The notes under the pieces: generated by a model
The model's input: only the letters and a program-made list of their open reading frames with translations
Database searches by the model: none
Told to the model about the DNA's origin: nothing
In this document: positions 1-15,363 of the stretch, piece after piece
Position numbering within the stretch: position 1 is the stretch's first letter
How the letters are laid out: each line of letters starts with the position of its first letter
Position numbers and translations under genes: made by a program
NCBI GenBank assembly: GCA_030141605.1
Contig: JAQGDQ010000322.1
Span: 1-64,000, forward strand
DNA length: 64,000 bases
Direction: 5' to 3'
Origin: Tubiluchus corallicola
Taxonomy: Eukaryota > Animalia > Priapulida

Positions 1-289
1 GTGGAGTAATGACAGGCAATGAAGAAACGGCCAACCGCCGAGAAACCGGCGGCAAATTAACGACTACAAAGCCACTTGTAAACGATTCTGACACGGAATA
101 TGTAAAAATAGACTCGAGTTAAATTAAATTGTGGATTCGTTTTCACAAATGATAAATCTATGGAGTTTGTGTCAGGTTCATGTAGACGAGAGAGGAGTAC
201 ATTCTGAAGAAAGCAATTACTATGAGGCTGTTGATTTGTTGATTGGCAAATGGCATGAATGCTGTTTGCCTTGTTCTCATAATCCTTAA

Positions 290-830
290 AGGAAGACAGA
301 AGGAGTTTTCATATACTACCCCATTTGCAAGTATGATAAAAAGTATACATTTCAACACGATTAATACTACAAAAGCGTTTCTGATAATTAAATTATAGAT
401 TGAAAACTTAATTAACGGCTGGCGAACCCAACTATTGATGACATCACAAACGAACATAAATTTCAACATCAAAAAATACTCCATGAGCGTGTTTCTCGTG
501 TTTGTGAAAGAGAATATTCAGTGTGTTGCACTAAAACTAGGAAAGTTTTAAGATGAAAATTCAAACTTACCACTGTGCTCACGCATGAACTGTTCAACAC
601 AAACTAACACATCTGAGAGGCACACGACCGGTTTTTTGTGCAATGCGTTTCCGAGATGCAGGCGTTAGTGCCCGTCTAACTAGTGAACAATGAAATGTAT
701 GTAACAGCGAAGAACTAGTGACGTGATGCGAAATTATGTTTTTGTGATATTAAGTCAGATTTGAAAGATTAGTAGGTTTTCTTTCAATATTTCAAAGGAA
801 AGATTGTTTAAGATTTCGTCCGGTTTTGCT
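290..830. mobile_element. Kolobok-like non-autonomous DNA transposon (family A), full length
   Basis: TTAA|AGGAAGACAG ... CGTCCGGTTTTGCT|TTAA. TTAA target duplication with AG..CT termini is typical of Kolobok. The internal sequence recurs at 10433, 19465, 20216, 33027 and 40721. Confidence 0.75.
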
Positions 831-1377
831 TTAAATATGCCGCATGTGTGAAAAAGCCCCTGGAATCTCTAGGTTTAACCACGATGTTCAATAAAAGAAG
901 GTATCGGTCTGAGATTGGTCGTGTTTAATGCTGACCAGCGTGCAGTTATGCGTCTTCCCGGTCATTTAGCCAACTAACGTCAATTACTTGCTGAAGAGTA
1001 ATTTTTCACACGGATTAAGCACAACATAAACTTGACACATAATGGGTCTTGAACAAAATTTATTCCGTCTGTATTTTCATCATTTATAATTCCAAGATGC
1101 ACTTTCTGTCTTTGAATAGAATAATGCACCATTTTTCAAGATTTTCAATATTTAATAATCTTTTCTAACCAGGGTATCTATTGTGCATTGAATCCACGTA
1201 TTTTCCCACTCATATGATTTAATCAGTTTTCAGGGAGTGTTATAGTCTCCATCACAGAATCTAAACCTTATTAACTGACATCACTAATTTTACTGACACT
1301 AAAGAAATTAGATAAACTTATGAAAATTGTACAACCAATAACATAGTTAGGGGATTGATATACAAAATAATCCACGA

Positions 1378-1890
<513 letters not shown>

Positions 1891-3322
1891 CTGAACCTAG
1901 GAGCCAGCTACGTGGTCATGCATGTCAGGTTATCAGGTTTCTCAAACTTTTCAAAATATCAATTTCAAACTTGTGTGAAAATATTTTGTTTTGAAAAAGA
2001 TGTATTATTGCTTGTAATAATGTTTGTTTATGTGTTTGTGTGTTTGGTTGTTTGTTTGTTTGGTTGTTCGTTTGTTTGTTTGTCTCTTGGGTGTTACAAA
2101 TCACAATAGATTATTAAAATCATTTCCACAATCGTGGTTTGCATCAGGTTGACCATTGGTCATGACGGCACCTTTTTAGTCATTTATTATCGTTGTTGTA
2201 CTTTGAAAGTAGTCCCGAAGCATTTTTGAAAACTGTGCAAATCCGCAAAATCAATGCGCCATTATTCCTTCTTTCTTTCTGCACGTCACAGCACACAAAA
2301 GTAAATAGAAACATACGTATGATAATTCTACCCCGCGGAGTGATACACGATTTCCACGATAATTGAAATATTGCAGGAAGAACTTTTTATCCGTGTGTTT
2401 TGCGACTAATATTCATCCACGTGATTAAAAAGGGCAAATCAAACATTTGCTTTGCTAAGCAAATATTGGCAATTTCTACATTTCAAAAGAGGGTCTTTTG
2501 TGGCGAAGGCAAAATGTAATAATGGATTCCAACGAAAGCAGATTTAATTGACTGTGAATCGGCGGCTGGGTTTCTGTTACAGCGTATTAGTCGCCGATTC
2601 ATTTAAACTGAAGAGTTCAAGTACATTTACATTTTGAATTTCTAACAGGGCAGTCATCTAAGGCCAGACACGCGTAATAGAGAAAAACTTAACAGGACCA
2701 ATGAACTACGGCAATACCATTGAATGTTATATATACATAATCACTGTACGACGAGCAATTTAAAGGAAAGAACAACTCTTTCAGTATGTTGGGTTTATTT
2801 TACCATGATCACTTAAACTTATAAAAATATAACCACAAAATTTGCAAAGAACTGCCTATAGTGCGTAAATGTAAAATATACTATCTCTGAATAGAAATTT
2901 TAATTTGTTTGGTGGTTGACGTCATTCACTTGAGAATCATGACGTAACTGGGAAATTTCGTGACTTTTCGCAAGCGCATCGTGGCTTTCCGTAAGCGCGC
3001 GCTGTTTAAACTAATTCAAACTTCTGCAACTCCCCCAATGTTCACACAAAAATATTACAACATTTTTGGTAAAAACTACATTTGATGAAGATTTTCTTCA
3101 AGACGAATGACGTCATTGGAGGAAGAATAGACATTGTAAATGGAAGCATCCAAGCATGAAGTGATCACAACTTTAAAGTGGTTTTACTAATTACACGAGG
3201 CGCTTATGGAAGTTTTATTACTAAATCCTTCTGACATTTTTCGTGAACATTGAAATAAGCCTAACCTCCTAGAAGACTTTTACATTGGCAGCCAAATTTT
3301 ACTGGTAATTATTTTCTTCCCT

Positions 3323-3650
<328 letters not shown>

Positions 3651-4059
3651 CACATATAAAAGGCGGGTATCACGCACTAATATGACTTTGCTCTGACGTG
3701 TTTGTCACCGAGACAAATAATTATGCATAGAAGTATGAATTAGGGACTCAGCAATTAAATTACTCTGCCTGAGTGAATGACTGTGCATTTGCCAAGCTGT
3801 GTCAAAGTGCTTGTTGAAAAAAGGGAAGCACACAAGTTCTCATCTTATATAAAATTTGCACATACCATAAATAACAAGCAAGGAATTTGAAGCACATAAA
3901 ACTTACAACAACACTTAGGGCAGGCAGGTAACATGTTACACCTAATCTTTATCCAGTGTAGGACGTTTCCTAGGACACGACGACCCTAATTAGCATGGCT
4001 TCAATAAGAAACGAGGTTAATTTCTTTGAACTGTTAAGCAGCCTTTCACAACTTAGCTA

Positions 4060-5908
4060 CCTGGAGTCATGTAAACGCAACGCCTGTAAACTTTATCACA
4101 AACTAACTGGGAGCCGTGTAAATGCAGCGCCCGTAAATTCTATGAGAAGGTGACAAGGAAGCCATGTAAATGCAGCGCCCGTGAACTCTCTCACAAGGCA
4201 ACTGGGAGCCACGTAAATGCGGCGCCCGTAAATTCTATCGGAAGGTGACTGGGAGTCATTTAAATACAATGTCCATAAACTCTATCAAAATGTGACTGGG
4301 AGCCATGTAAATGCAACGCCCGTAAATTCTATCGGAAGGTGACATCAGAATGTGACTGGGAGCCATGTAAATGCAACGCCCGTAAATTCTAGCGGAAGGT
4401 GACTGGGAGTCATTTAAATACAATGTCCATAAACTCTATCAGAATGTGACTGGGAGCCATGTAAATGCAACGCCCGTAAAATCTATCGGAAGGTGACTGG
4501 GAGTCATTTAAATACAATGTCCATAAACTCTATCAGAATGTGACTGGGAGCCATGTAAATGCAACGCCCGTAAATTCTATCGGAAGGTGACTGGGAGTCA
4601 TTTAAATACAATGTCCATAAACTCTATCAGAATGTGACTGGGAGCCATGTAAATGCAACGCCCGTAAATTCTATCGGAAGGTGACATCAGAATGTGACTG
4701 GGAGCCATGTAAATGCAACGCCCGTAAATTCTAGCGGAAGGTGACTGGGAGTCATTTAAATACAATGTCCATAAACTCTATCAGAATGTGACTGGGAGCC
4801 ATGTAAATGCAACGCCCGTAAATTCTATCGGAAGGTGACTGGGAGTCATTTAAATACAATGTCCATTAACTCTATCAGAATGTCACTGGCAGCCATGTAA
4901 ATGCAACGCCCGTAAATTTTATCGAAAGGTGACTGGGAGTCATTTAAATACAATGTCCATAAACTCTATCAGAATGTGACTGGGAGCCATGTAAATGCAA
5001 CGCCCGTAAATTCTATCGGAAAGTGACTGGGAGTCATTTAAATACAATGTCCATAAACTCTATCAGAATGTGACTGGGAGCCATGTAAATGCAACGCCCG
5101 TAAATTCTATCGGAAAGTGACTGGGAGTCATTTAAATACAACGTCCATAAACTCTATCAGAATGTGACTGGGAGCCATGTAAATGCAACGCCCGTAAATT
5201 CTATCGGAAGGTGACATCAGAATGTGACTGGGAGCCATGTAAATGCAACGCCCGTAAATTCTAGCGGAAGGTGACTGGGAGTCATTTAAATACAATGTCC
5301 ATAAACTCTATCAGAATGTGACTGGGAGCCATGTAAATGCAACGCCCGTAAATTCTATCGGAAGACTGGGAGTCATTTAAACAATGTCCATTAACTCTAT
5401 CAGAATGTCACTGGCAGCCATGTAAATGCAACGCCCGTAAATTTTATCGAAAGGTGACTGGAGTCATTTAAATACAAGTCCATAAACTCTACAGAATGTG
5501 ACTGGGTTAAATGCAACGCCCGTAAATTCTATCGGAAAGTGACTGGGAGTCATTTTAAATACAACGTCCATAAACTCTATCAGAATGTGACTGGGAGCCA
5601 TGTAAATGCAATGCCCGTAAATTCTAGCGGAAGGTGACTGGGAGTCATTTAAATACAATGTTCATAAACTCTATCAGAATGTGACTAGGAGCCATGTAAA
5701 TGCAACGCCCGTAAAATCTATCGGAAGGTGACCGGGAGTCATTTAAATACAATGTCCATAAACTCTATCAGAATGTGACTGGAGCCATGTAAATGCAACG
5801 CCCGTAAATTCTATCGGAAGGTGACTGGGAGTCATTTAAATACAATGTCCATAAACTCTATCAGAATGTGACTGGGAGCCATGTAAATGCAACGCCCGTA
5901 AACTCTAG
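4060..5908. repeat. 47-bp minisatellite organised as a 94-bp A/B dimer
   Basis: A=gtgactgggagccatgtaaatgcaacgcccgtaaattctatcggaag alternates with B=gtgactgggagtcatttaaatacaatgtccataaactctatcagaat; monomers at the left edge are more degenerate. Confidence 0.95.
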
Positions 5909-6510
5909 TCGAACATTTGATTTGAAATTATTCGCATTGTACCGTGCGTGGTTCTATAATGATTAAGTGGATTAGACTGCTCGTGTAGGTCAATACTAAG
6001 TGGCCTATTTAGACGTCTTCCTGTAAGTGAAGCCAGGAATATCCCGGACTAATTTCTGTCATTTATATACTATCACTCCGCCTGTAAGCGCAACAAATGT
6101 TCTCGTGTTGACCGTCACCGTGCTGCGACGGACATTGAATGGAGTCGTCGGTTTCCATCCATTTATGATAGACGAAAGTAATTAATGTATATTCCGCCAT
6201 TAAGTTTGCAGAAGGCACAACTATTGACAGCGTTTGTAAAATGACTAAATACAGCGCATATGGCGCAGGCGTGATTTAGATAATGTTTTCTTCGTGCGAG
6301 TACTGATTCACGGAATATTGCGATGGGTCAACAAAAGCATCCAATAACCAGGGATAATCAATAATATGCAGTACTTGGGTATTATAAGTCTTGCAGGAGT
6401 CAACAACAAGTCGCTTGGACGTGTAACAAGAAGCTACTTAATGGTATTATGACGCCTGAGGAATGGGTAAATTGACTTAAACGTACAGCAATAGATTATG
6501 CTTCTATAAA

Positions 6511-6790
6511 GGATAGGCCTACTGTACATGTATATTACAAATTGTCAAACTGCAGATACTTCTGTAATGGATAGGCCTACTGTACATGTATATTACAAGT
6601 TGCCAAACTGCAGATACTTCTGTAATGGATAGGCTTACTGTATATCTATATTGCAAGTTGTCAAACTGTAGATACTTCTGTAATGGATAGGCCTACTGTA
6701 CATGTATATTACAAGTTGTCAAACTGTAGATACTTCTCTAATGGATAGGCCTACTGTTCATGTACATTACAAGTTGTCAAACTGTAGATA
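6511..6790. repeat. 58-bp tandem repeat, ~5 copies
   Basis: ggataggcctactgtacatgtatattacaagttgtcaaactgcagatacttctgtaat starts at 6511 and 6569 and continues in tandem. Confidence 0.93.
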
Positions 6791-7420
6791 CCACTCATGT
6801 TGAAATGAGCAATTTCACGGCTTACCATGTACCATAAAATAAATGAATATTGTAGACGGTTATGTGATTTGGTATTAATAAAAACAAAATTCTACAATAA
6901 ATAACAGAACAGGACACCGGTACGGACTATTTTCACGTGAAGGAAGAAAGAAAAAAGATGCTAAACAATTTCTTCCTGAGTTTTTTTTCACTGAGAATGG
7001 CGGGTGATCCACGGTCGTTCAGTGAATCGTCTTTTTTCCTTTTTATTCTGGCAATTTTTAGTAATCGTACTAATTCCTGTTATTAGCAATTATCTATGCA
7101 TAATCTAGCAATGTAGTTAGTGATCTTGAATGCAAGTTTAAAGACCGTAAGGGCATCTTTGTTATGCATTGCATATTGTGTTACATAACAGTGCAACATT
7201 GAATCATAGCGTTGGGTAAACAAGGATCGTGAACGATACCCTATTGACCTTCAAACTTGCATTCAATGTCAAAAACTACACTATCAAACTACACAAAGAT
7301 AATTGATAAAGACACTAATTAGTACGATTAATAAAAATAGCAAAAACGAAAAATTACATTACATTGCCGAATTACGTTTTAACCTTTCATGGTAACTACA
7401 GCTTGTCCATTACATCACCA

Positions 7421-7787
7421 TGTTGTGTTCTGTTTCTCTCGGAAGGCTCGTAGAGAAAACCAGAAAACACTTCATCAAATTAAACTAGTTTATTAGGCAA
7501 GAATTCTACAACACAAAAGTATGAAGGAACACGAAATGATTACACTAAACGTGAAATTTTGGAAAAGGTATGAGTTTATCTGAAAATGTAAGTATACAAG
7601 AGAATGTGTAAGTGGCGTCCGTGTGAATCTGTGTGTGTCTCAGCGGCCTGCTTCGCCTTATATAGGGTGCCAGGGAACATTCTAGACGAGTCCTTCCAGA
7701 ACATTCTACAAGGTAAGACGATTATTCTAATGGAACATTCTACAATGTTCTATCTAACTCTAATAGATGCCAGCGATCTCCACAACA
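7421..7787 (-). mobile_element. Solo LTR of an LTR retrotransposon (Gypsy/BEL-like), 367 bp
   Basis: TGTTGTG...CACAACA inverted termini; flanks CACCA/CACTA (5-bp TSD, 1 mismatch); on the minus strand TATATAA (7658-7664) precedes AATAAA (~7489-7494). Confidence 0.7.
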
Positions 7788-8297
7788 CACTAGCAAACAT
7801 TTACACTCTGGTCCAAGAGCAAACCTAATATGATAACTTAATTGGAAGACATTATTATGTATTTCACCCGATTTCGCACGGAGAGAGTCCCCTCATTAAA
7901 CAAAACGCGGTTCTTGTTTCAATTTCCGGAGAGGCTGTTAAGGTTGTTAAATGTCATGTTACCAATTTGCGAAAATAAACAAGCCAGGATGAGCTTCAGT
8001 AGCTGTGAGCAATCTTTATTGAAAGTTGTCATAAGCGAAAAATTTTCTCTGCAGTGTCTAACAATAAACAGTCAGGCTCAGATTAATTTGCAAACTTGTC
8101 AATAAAAACCGGGAAGAAAAACTAGACGGGAAATTGGTTAATGTGGCCCTTAGTAGTTTGGCGTCTATGATATTTCAAAAATTGTCAATTTGAGTCTTTA
8201 AAAATAGTAGAGAAATATGTCGTCGCTTGATGATTTTGAGTTTTTCAAAGAATGCTTTCAGAGAGTTTCAGGCAGTTTGTTGCTTCAGCTGGGAAGA

Positions 8298-9620
8298 TTT
8301 TCTTTCATTGTCTGTCATGGCTTCTTTCTTTCATTGTCTGTCATTGCTCCTTTCTTTCATTGTCTGTCATTGCTCCTTTCTTTCATTGCCTGTCATTGCT
8401 TCTTTCTTTCATTTGCTGTCATTGCTCCTTTCTTTCATTGTCTGTCATTGCTCCTTTCTTTCATTGCCTGTCATTGCTCCTTTCTTTCATTGCCTGTCAT
8501 TGCTCCTTTCTTTCATTGCCTGTCATTGCTCCTTTCTTTCATTGCCTGTCATTGCTCCTTTCTTTCATTGCCTGTCATTGCTCCTTTCTTTCATTGCCTG
8601 TCATTGCTCCTTTCTTTCGTTGCCTGTCATTGCTCCTTTCTTTCATTGCCTGTCATTGCTCCTTTCTTTCATTGCCTGTCATTGCTCCTTTCTTTCATTG
8701 CCTGTCATTGCTCCTTTCTTTCATTGCCTGTCATTGCTCCTTTCTTTCATTGCCTGTCATTGCTCCTTTCTTTCATTGCCTGTCATTGCTCCTTTCTTTC
8801 ATTGCCTGTCATTGCTCCTTTCTTTCATTGCCTGTCATTGCTCCTTTCTTTCATTGCCTGTCATTGCTCCTTTCTTTCATTGCCTGTCATTGCTCCTTTC
8901 TTTCATTGCCTGTCATTGCTCCTTTCTTTCATTGCCTGTCATTGCTCCTTTCTTTCATTGCCTGTCATTACTCCTTTCTTTCATTGCCTGTCATTGCTCC
9001 TTTCTTTCATTGCCTGTCATTGCTCCTTTCTTTCGTTGCCTGTCATTGCTCCTTTCTTTCATTGCCTGTCATTGCTTCTTTCTTTCATTGCCTGTCATTG
9101 CTTCTTTCTTTCATTGTCTGTCATTGCTCCTTTCTTTCATTGCCTGTCATTGCTCCTTTCTTTCATTGTCTGTCATTGCTCCTTTCTTTCATTGCCTGTC
9201 ATTGCTCCTTTCTTTCATTGCCTGTCATTGCTCCTTTCTTTCATTGCCTGTCATTGCTCCTTTCTTTCATTGCCTGTCATTGCTCCTTTCTTTCATTGCC
9301 TGTCATTGCTCCTTTCTTTCATTGCCTGTCATTGCTCCTTTCTTTCATTGTCTGTCATTGCTCCTTTCTTTCATTGCCTGTCATTGCTCCTTTCTTTCAT
9401 TGCCTGTCATTGCTCCTTTCTTTCATTGCCTGTCATTGCTCCTTTCTTTCATTGCCTGTCATTGCTTCTTTCTTTCATTGCTTGTCATTGCTCCTTTCTT
9501 TCATTGTCTGTCATTGCTCCTTTCTTTCATTGCCTGTCATTGCTCCTTTCTTTCATTGCCTGTCATTACTCCTTTCTTTCATTGCCTGTCATTGCTCCTT
9601 TCTTTCATTTGCTATCATTG
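8298..9620. repeat. 26-bp minisatellite, ~50 copies
   Basis: Unit tcattgcctgtcattgctcctttctt. It is stop-free in all three + frames, which produces the 460-480 aa artefact ORFs. Confidence 0.97.
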
Positions 9621-10432
9621 TCCACCGTTTTGACAGATAGCATTGTTTCTCTTACTAGGTACTGAAATTCACATTCTGACTCGGCACCCCAGAAACTACT
9701 GAGTGTCAGCAGATGTAACTGGAAACTAGCGTTATTAAGAGCATAAATGTCTCAGTTCAACTCAAATTTAATGAACTCAAGTTGTATATGATGAGAATGA
9801 ACACGTTAAATTACTAAGCTGAAGCTAATTTCCTCATCATTTTGACTAATTAGAACTTGTAAAGGTTAATTTACAGCACGTAGCGAGTTCAAACTACTCA
9901 GTTTAATTTACCGACATACTGATTCTGGTGACACGCTTTTGAGTACTAAGCCAAACAATTATTCTGAGCATCAAATCACTCCAGTTACTTAAATCTGCTT
10001 TAAGTTACTCAGCGAGCACTCTATTATTAGCCATTAACTAGTAAGTGCTTTAGCGTTCACTTGGCCACCTATTAATAATATGACAGACAATTTTTTCATT
10101 TTTTCGCAAACCAGGCATTATTTGGTCGAAAAGCGCATGCGCGACGTGCGGAAAGCGACCTGCAGGCAGGCGCGGTTACGCCTATAGTTTGGTCATTCTT
10201 TCAACGCCATATTGGTTACAGTTTACAAATTCCAAAGCTTTCACAGCTGTTGTCAACTGATACTTAAGCAACAACTGCACCGCCTTGTTTATAATTAAAA
10301 AATGATAACGTCGTTATGATGGGGTTATTAATTGATACACAAACACATATAAATTTGCAATTTTTAGTTACCAGACCACGTGATTGTATGCTGAATCTAG
10401 TTATAGAAGCCCAACACCCAGGGGCGGATTAA

Positions 10433-10731
10433 ACCAAAACGGGACCCAATCTTAAACTGTAGGTCAAAACAATCTACTCCTTAAAATATTGAAAGGAAAT
10501 ATACTACTTTTTTCAAAAAATGACTTATGTCAAAGAATTATTACCAACAGTTCTTACACAAACACAGTTTTGCTGTTACATGCATTTCGCCAATCGCTAG
10601 TTAGACGGGCACTAAAGTCTGCATTTCGGAAACACGTTGTACAAAAAACAGGTGCTGTACCTCTCAATTCGGATGTGCTAGTTTGTGACGAACTAAACAC
10701 GTTCGACAACTCATGCGTGAGCACAGCCGTA
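10433..10731. mobile_element. Family A Kolobok-like MITE, partial
   Basis: TTAA|ACCAAAACGGGAC then aatcttaaactgtaggtcaaaacaatctac, matching 20216 onward and the reverse complement of 290-830. Confidence 0.7.
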
Positions 10732-11231
10732 ACCCCTGTATGCAAAAAGGCAGTATGTAATCGGTTTAAAATTTCAAGACGAATTTTTAAGTTTCACGTA
10801 AGTGGAGGATTTTCTTGTCTTTAATTAAGCCTGTGAAACCCTTTTCCTGGCACGCGTAACGCATCCAGAACCCCTCGTCTTTCATCACTCCACAGGAATC
10901 TTATCTTTTTTGTAAAGCTCGTTTTGTTACCTTTTTCTGGAACGTTCTTCAAACATCAAACAGAAGTTATTAAATCTTTCAGCACAGGAGAGCTATACCG
11001 CCTTTGATTATTAAACCCTCAAGAGGCGCAGTATTAGGGCTTTAACTCCACAAAGTGCTCACATTATGGCAACAAGTCTTTTCCTAAGAATAAGAATTTA
11101 ATAAGTTTCCGTTAATGATTAACTAATTAACGTAGCAAGCGGCTTGTCACTGATGATAATTCTTACAAGTTTAAAAGCCTTTTTTTGTTTTAAACTGGCT
11201 GGGAGCGGAAGGTCAAGGTTACGAGGATTGT

Positions 11232-11492
11232 GTAATCGTTTGACCAGATTTGCTCGCGTAAAGGAAAAAATCGTACGAGGTCGGAACTGGCGCGTGTTCA
11301 ATGCCATGCTCGACCAACGTAGGATAAAACACATAACCACGGTTATGGTGGTTGGCTGTGTGATGTCTAATCGTTTGACCAGATTTGCTTGCGTAAAGGA
11401 AAAAATCGGAACTGGCGCGTGTTCGATGCCATGCTCGACCAGCGTGGGATAAAACACATAACCACGGTTATGGTGGTTGGCTGTATGATGTC
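11232..11492. repeat. ~135-bp tandem duplication
   Basis: taatcgtttgaccagatttgct...accacggttatggtggttggctgt occurs twice. Confidence 0.85.
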
Positions 11493-12048
11493 TACCTCGT
11501 AAATGTCATTGATTACACAAGTGTGCACAAAGGTATTGCATCGTCTCGTGCACAAAGTGCTCTCTTACAAAAAACATCTTTCAAAGTGTTTATTCAACAG
11601 TTTAATTAACCCGATTAATTCAAACTTTTTCCCAGTTTGATAATAAATTAAACATCGAAACTAAAATCCATGTTTTATTGCACGGCAACTGCATATTGTG
11701 CATTGATTATCAAATCCTAACCTAAATTATTTTGAATTTTTTACTTTTGAATTAATCACCAGCTATTGAGCAATCACGCCTTTGTATAACTAATAGGATG
11801 ATGTACATTGATAATTGTTTCTAGTATCGCTTCTGTAGTCTGTGAGCTTTGTATATTTCAATTTTAAGTGTTAACTAATGAATTAATTGCGTTTTTAATC
11901 TAATTATCTATGTAACTATATTCTTGATAACCAGTTGTATGTATCTGTTCTCAACTAAAATGTATTTGTTGCACAGAGGATAAACTCCGATCAGTATTAC
12001 TGTGTGTCAATTCACTATATAATATATTCAATCCACATATATATATAT

Positions 12049-12945
12049 GTAGTCGTAGTCGTAGTCGTAGTCGTAATAGCAGTGGCAGTGGTAATGTAGT
12101 AGTCGCAGTGACAGTGGTAATGGAGTAGTCGCAGTGGTAATGGAGTAGTCGCAGTGGTAATGGAGTAGTCGTAGTGGTAATGGAGTAGTCGCAGTGGTAA
12201 TGGAGTAGTTGCAGTGGTAATGGAGTAGTCGCAGTGGTAATGGAGTAGTCGCAGTGGTAATGGAGTAGTCGCAGTGATAATGGAGTAGACGCAGTGGTAA
12301 TGGAGTAGTCGTAGTGGAGGTGGTAATAGCAGTGGCAGTGGTAATGGAGTAGTAGCAGTGGTAATGGAGTAGCCGCAGTGGTAATGGAGTAGTCGTACTG
12401 GAGGTGGTAATAGCAGTGGCAGTGGTAATGGAGTAGTAGCAGTGGTAATGGAGTAGTCGCAGTGGTAATGGAGTAGTCGTACTGGAGGTGGTAATAGCAG
12501 TGGCAGTGGTAATGGAGTAGTCACAGTGGTAATGGAGTAGAGTGGTAATGGAGTAGTCGTTGTGGTGGTGGTAATAGCAGTGGCAATGGTAATGGAGTAG
12601 TAGCAGTGACAGTGGTAATGGAGTAGTCACAGTGGTAATGGAGTGGTCGCAGTGGTAATGGAGTAGACGCAGTGGTAACGGAGTGGACGTAGTGGAGGTG
12701 GTAACAGCAGTGGCAGTGGTAATGGAGTAGTCGCAGTGGTAATGGAGTAGTCGTAGTGGAGGTGGTAATAGCAGTGGCAGTGGTAATGGAGTAGTCGCAG
12801 TGGTAATGGAGTAGTAGCAGTGGCAGTGGTAATGGAGTAGTCGCAGTGGTAATGGAATAGACGCAGTGGTAACGGAGTAGTCGTAGTGGAGGTGGTAATA
12901 GCAGTGGCAGTAGTAATGGAGTAGTCACAGTGGTAATGGAGTGGT
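12049..12945. repeat. 20-bp minisatellite (gcagtggtaatggagtagtc) with longer variant units
   Basis: Directly visible; TA-rich runs on both sides. Confidence 0.93.
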
Positions 12946-13711
12946 ATAATATATATATAATATGGCAACTCACTTTTTAATCTTGACCAAAATAAAACTA
13001 TTTTTATTTAACGCTATCATTCATAAAAGCTTCAAGCAGATTCAGTAAACGTTAATTTAACATTTTCCACCATTAGACTGCACTTAATGTACTGTCACTA
13101 TTAAAATATAGATATATATTTAATGTATCAACTTTGTGTTAAAGTACTGACCAATGCCTAAAGTATGTTAACTAGTTTTCTTCCGTATACCGAAGATGAT
13201 GGAAAATAAATACGTTTATAAAAATCATCTTTGATAATTAATTCTGAGAAGTTTTTACTTCACCTCAGTAAATGATTTCCACCACTGCCTCGTGAGATTA
13301 ACTTTATAAGCTGACTGTTACGTAATTACCATCAAATTATCAAGCATAGATCAAGCATTGACTAATTACTGCCTCATTTCACATAATTGGCAGACAAATT
13401 AAATAGCTCAACCTTCTAAACTACGTAGCTAAATAAACGTTCTACGCATTTACACACTTTGGAAAAGTATAGAATTTCAGAAATTGCTATTCTGCGGGTG
13501 ACAAGATTTTATCTCCGAGTTTCAGCGCCTCTGTCAAGGTCAAGAGATACTCAGCATGAAATGGGTGTCCGACTGCTAGAAAGAGAAGTTGAGATTTTCT
13601 GGAGAACCGATGATTGATCATTCGCAAAACGTTAAGTGATAAAATCATTAACTTTTTTAGCACAAGAGAGTGACATTTTGTAGTCACCAGTTAGCTAAAC
13701 AAAGTAAAATG

Positions 13712-14248
<537 letters not shown>

Positions 14249-15078
14249 CCATGATATAATCGTAGTGGTAATGGAGTAGTGGTAGTAGCCATGATATAAT
14301 CGTAGTGGTAACGGAGTAGGGGTAGTGGAGGTTTTAATAGCAGTGGCAGTGGCAGTGGCAATGAAGTAGTCGCAATGGTTATGGAGTAGTCGCAGTGATA
14401 ATGGTCGCAATGGTAATGGAGTAGTCACAGTGGTAATGGAGTAGCCACCGTGGTAATGGAGTAGTCGTAGTGGCGGTGGTAATGGAGTAGTAGCAGTGAC
14501 AGTAGTAATGGAGTAGCCATAGTGGTAATGGAGTAGTCGCAGTGATAATGGAATAGTCGTAGTGGTACTGGAGTAGTCACAGTGGTAATGGAGTAGTCGT
14601 AGCAGCGGTGGTAAGGGAGTAGTAGCAGTGACAGTCGTAATGAAGTCGTTGCAGTCGTAATGGAGTAGTCACAGTGGTAGTGGAGTAGTCGTCGTGGAGG
14701 TGGTAATAGCAGTGGCAGTGGTAATGGAGTAGCCACAGTGGTAATGGAGTAGTCACAGTGGTAATGGAGTAGTCACAGTAGTAACGGAGTAGCCACAGTG
14801 GTAATGGAGTAGTCACAGTTGTAATGGAGTAGCCACAGTGGTAATTGAGTAGTCACAGTGGTAATGGAGTTGCCTCGGTGGTAATGGAGTAGTCACAGTG
14901 GTAATGGAGTAGTAGCAGTGACAGTGGTAATGGAGTAGTCACGGTGGTAATGGAGTAGCCACAGTGGTAATGGAGTAGTAACAGTGGTAATGATGTAGAT
15001 GCAGTGGTAATGGCGTAGTCACAGTGGTAATGGAGTAGTCACAGTGGTAATGGAGTAGCCATAGTGGCTGTGGTAATA
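14249..15078. repeat. Second array of the 20-bp (g/a)cagtggtaatggagtagtc minisatellite
   Basis: Same unit and orientation as 12049-12945. Confidence 0.92.
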
Positions 15079-15363
15079 ACAACACTGACACTTGTAACTT
15101 TGCATTGGATCTATAGTACTAGCAGTGCATGCTGCAGAAGCCAATTTAGTCAGCTAATGGAGTGTAAGAAGTAAGTATGGCTTCCAGATTTCAATGTGTT
15201 ATTTGCTGCACATCATTCTGTATAAAGGCAAATGCAATCTGTGTCACAGAGATCACTGTCTGTCTGTCACAGTCTGCCGCCAATATATAGACGAGGCAAG
15301 TATTATGGCAGACGCCACTGTTTCTAAATTAAACTTAGCATTTATTAGTTAGTAGAAATTTTA

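Noticed and set aside
3-122. Open + frame GVMTGNEETANRRETGGKLTTTKPLVNDSDTEYVKIDSS*, possibly the end of an upstream gene
   Set aside because: Too short, cut by the window edge and without recognisable homology; needs upstream sequence or RNA-seq.
8217-9665. Three 460-480 aa Cys/Leu/Phe-rich ORFs
   Set aside because: All three frames give the same 26-aa cycle from a stop-free 26-bp minisatellite.
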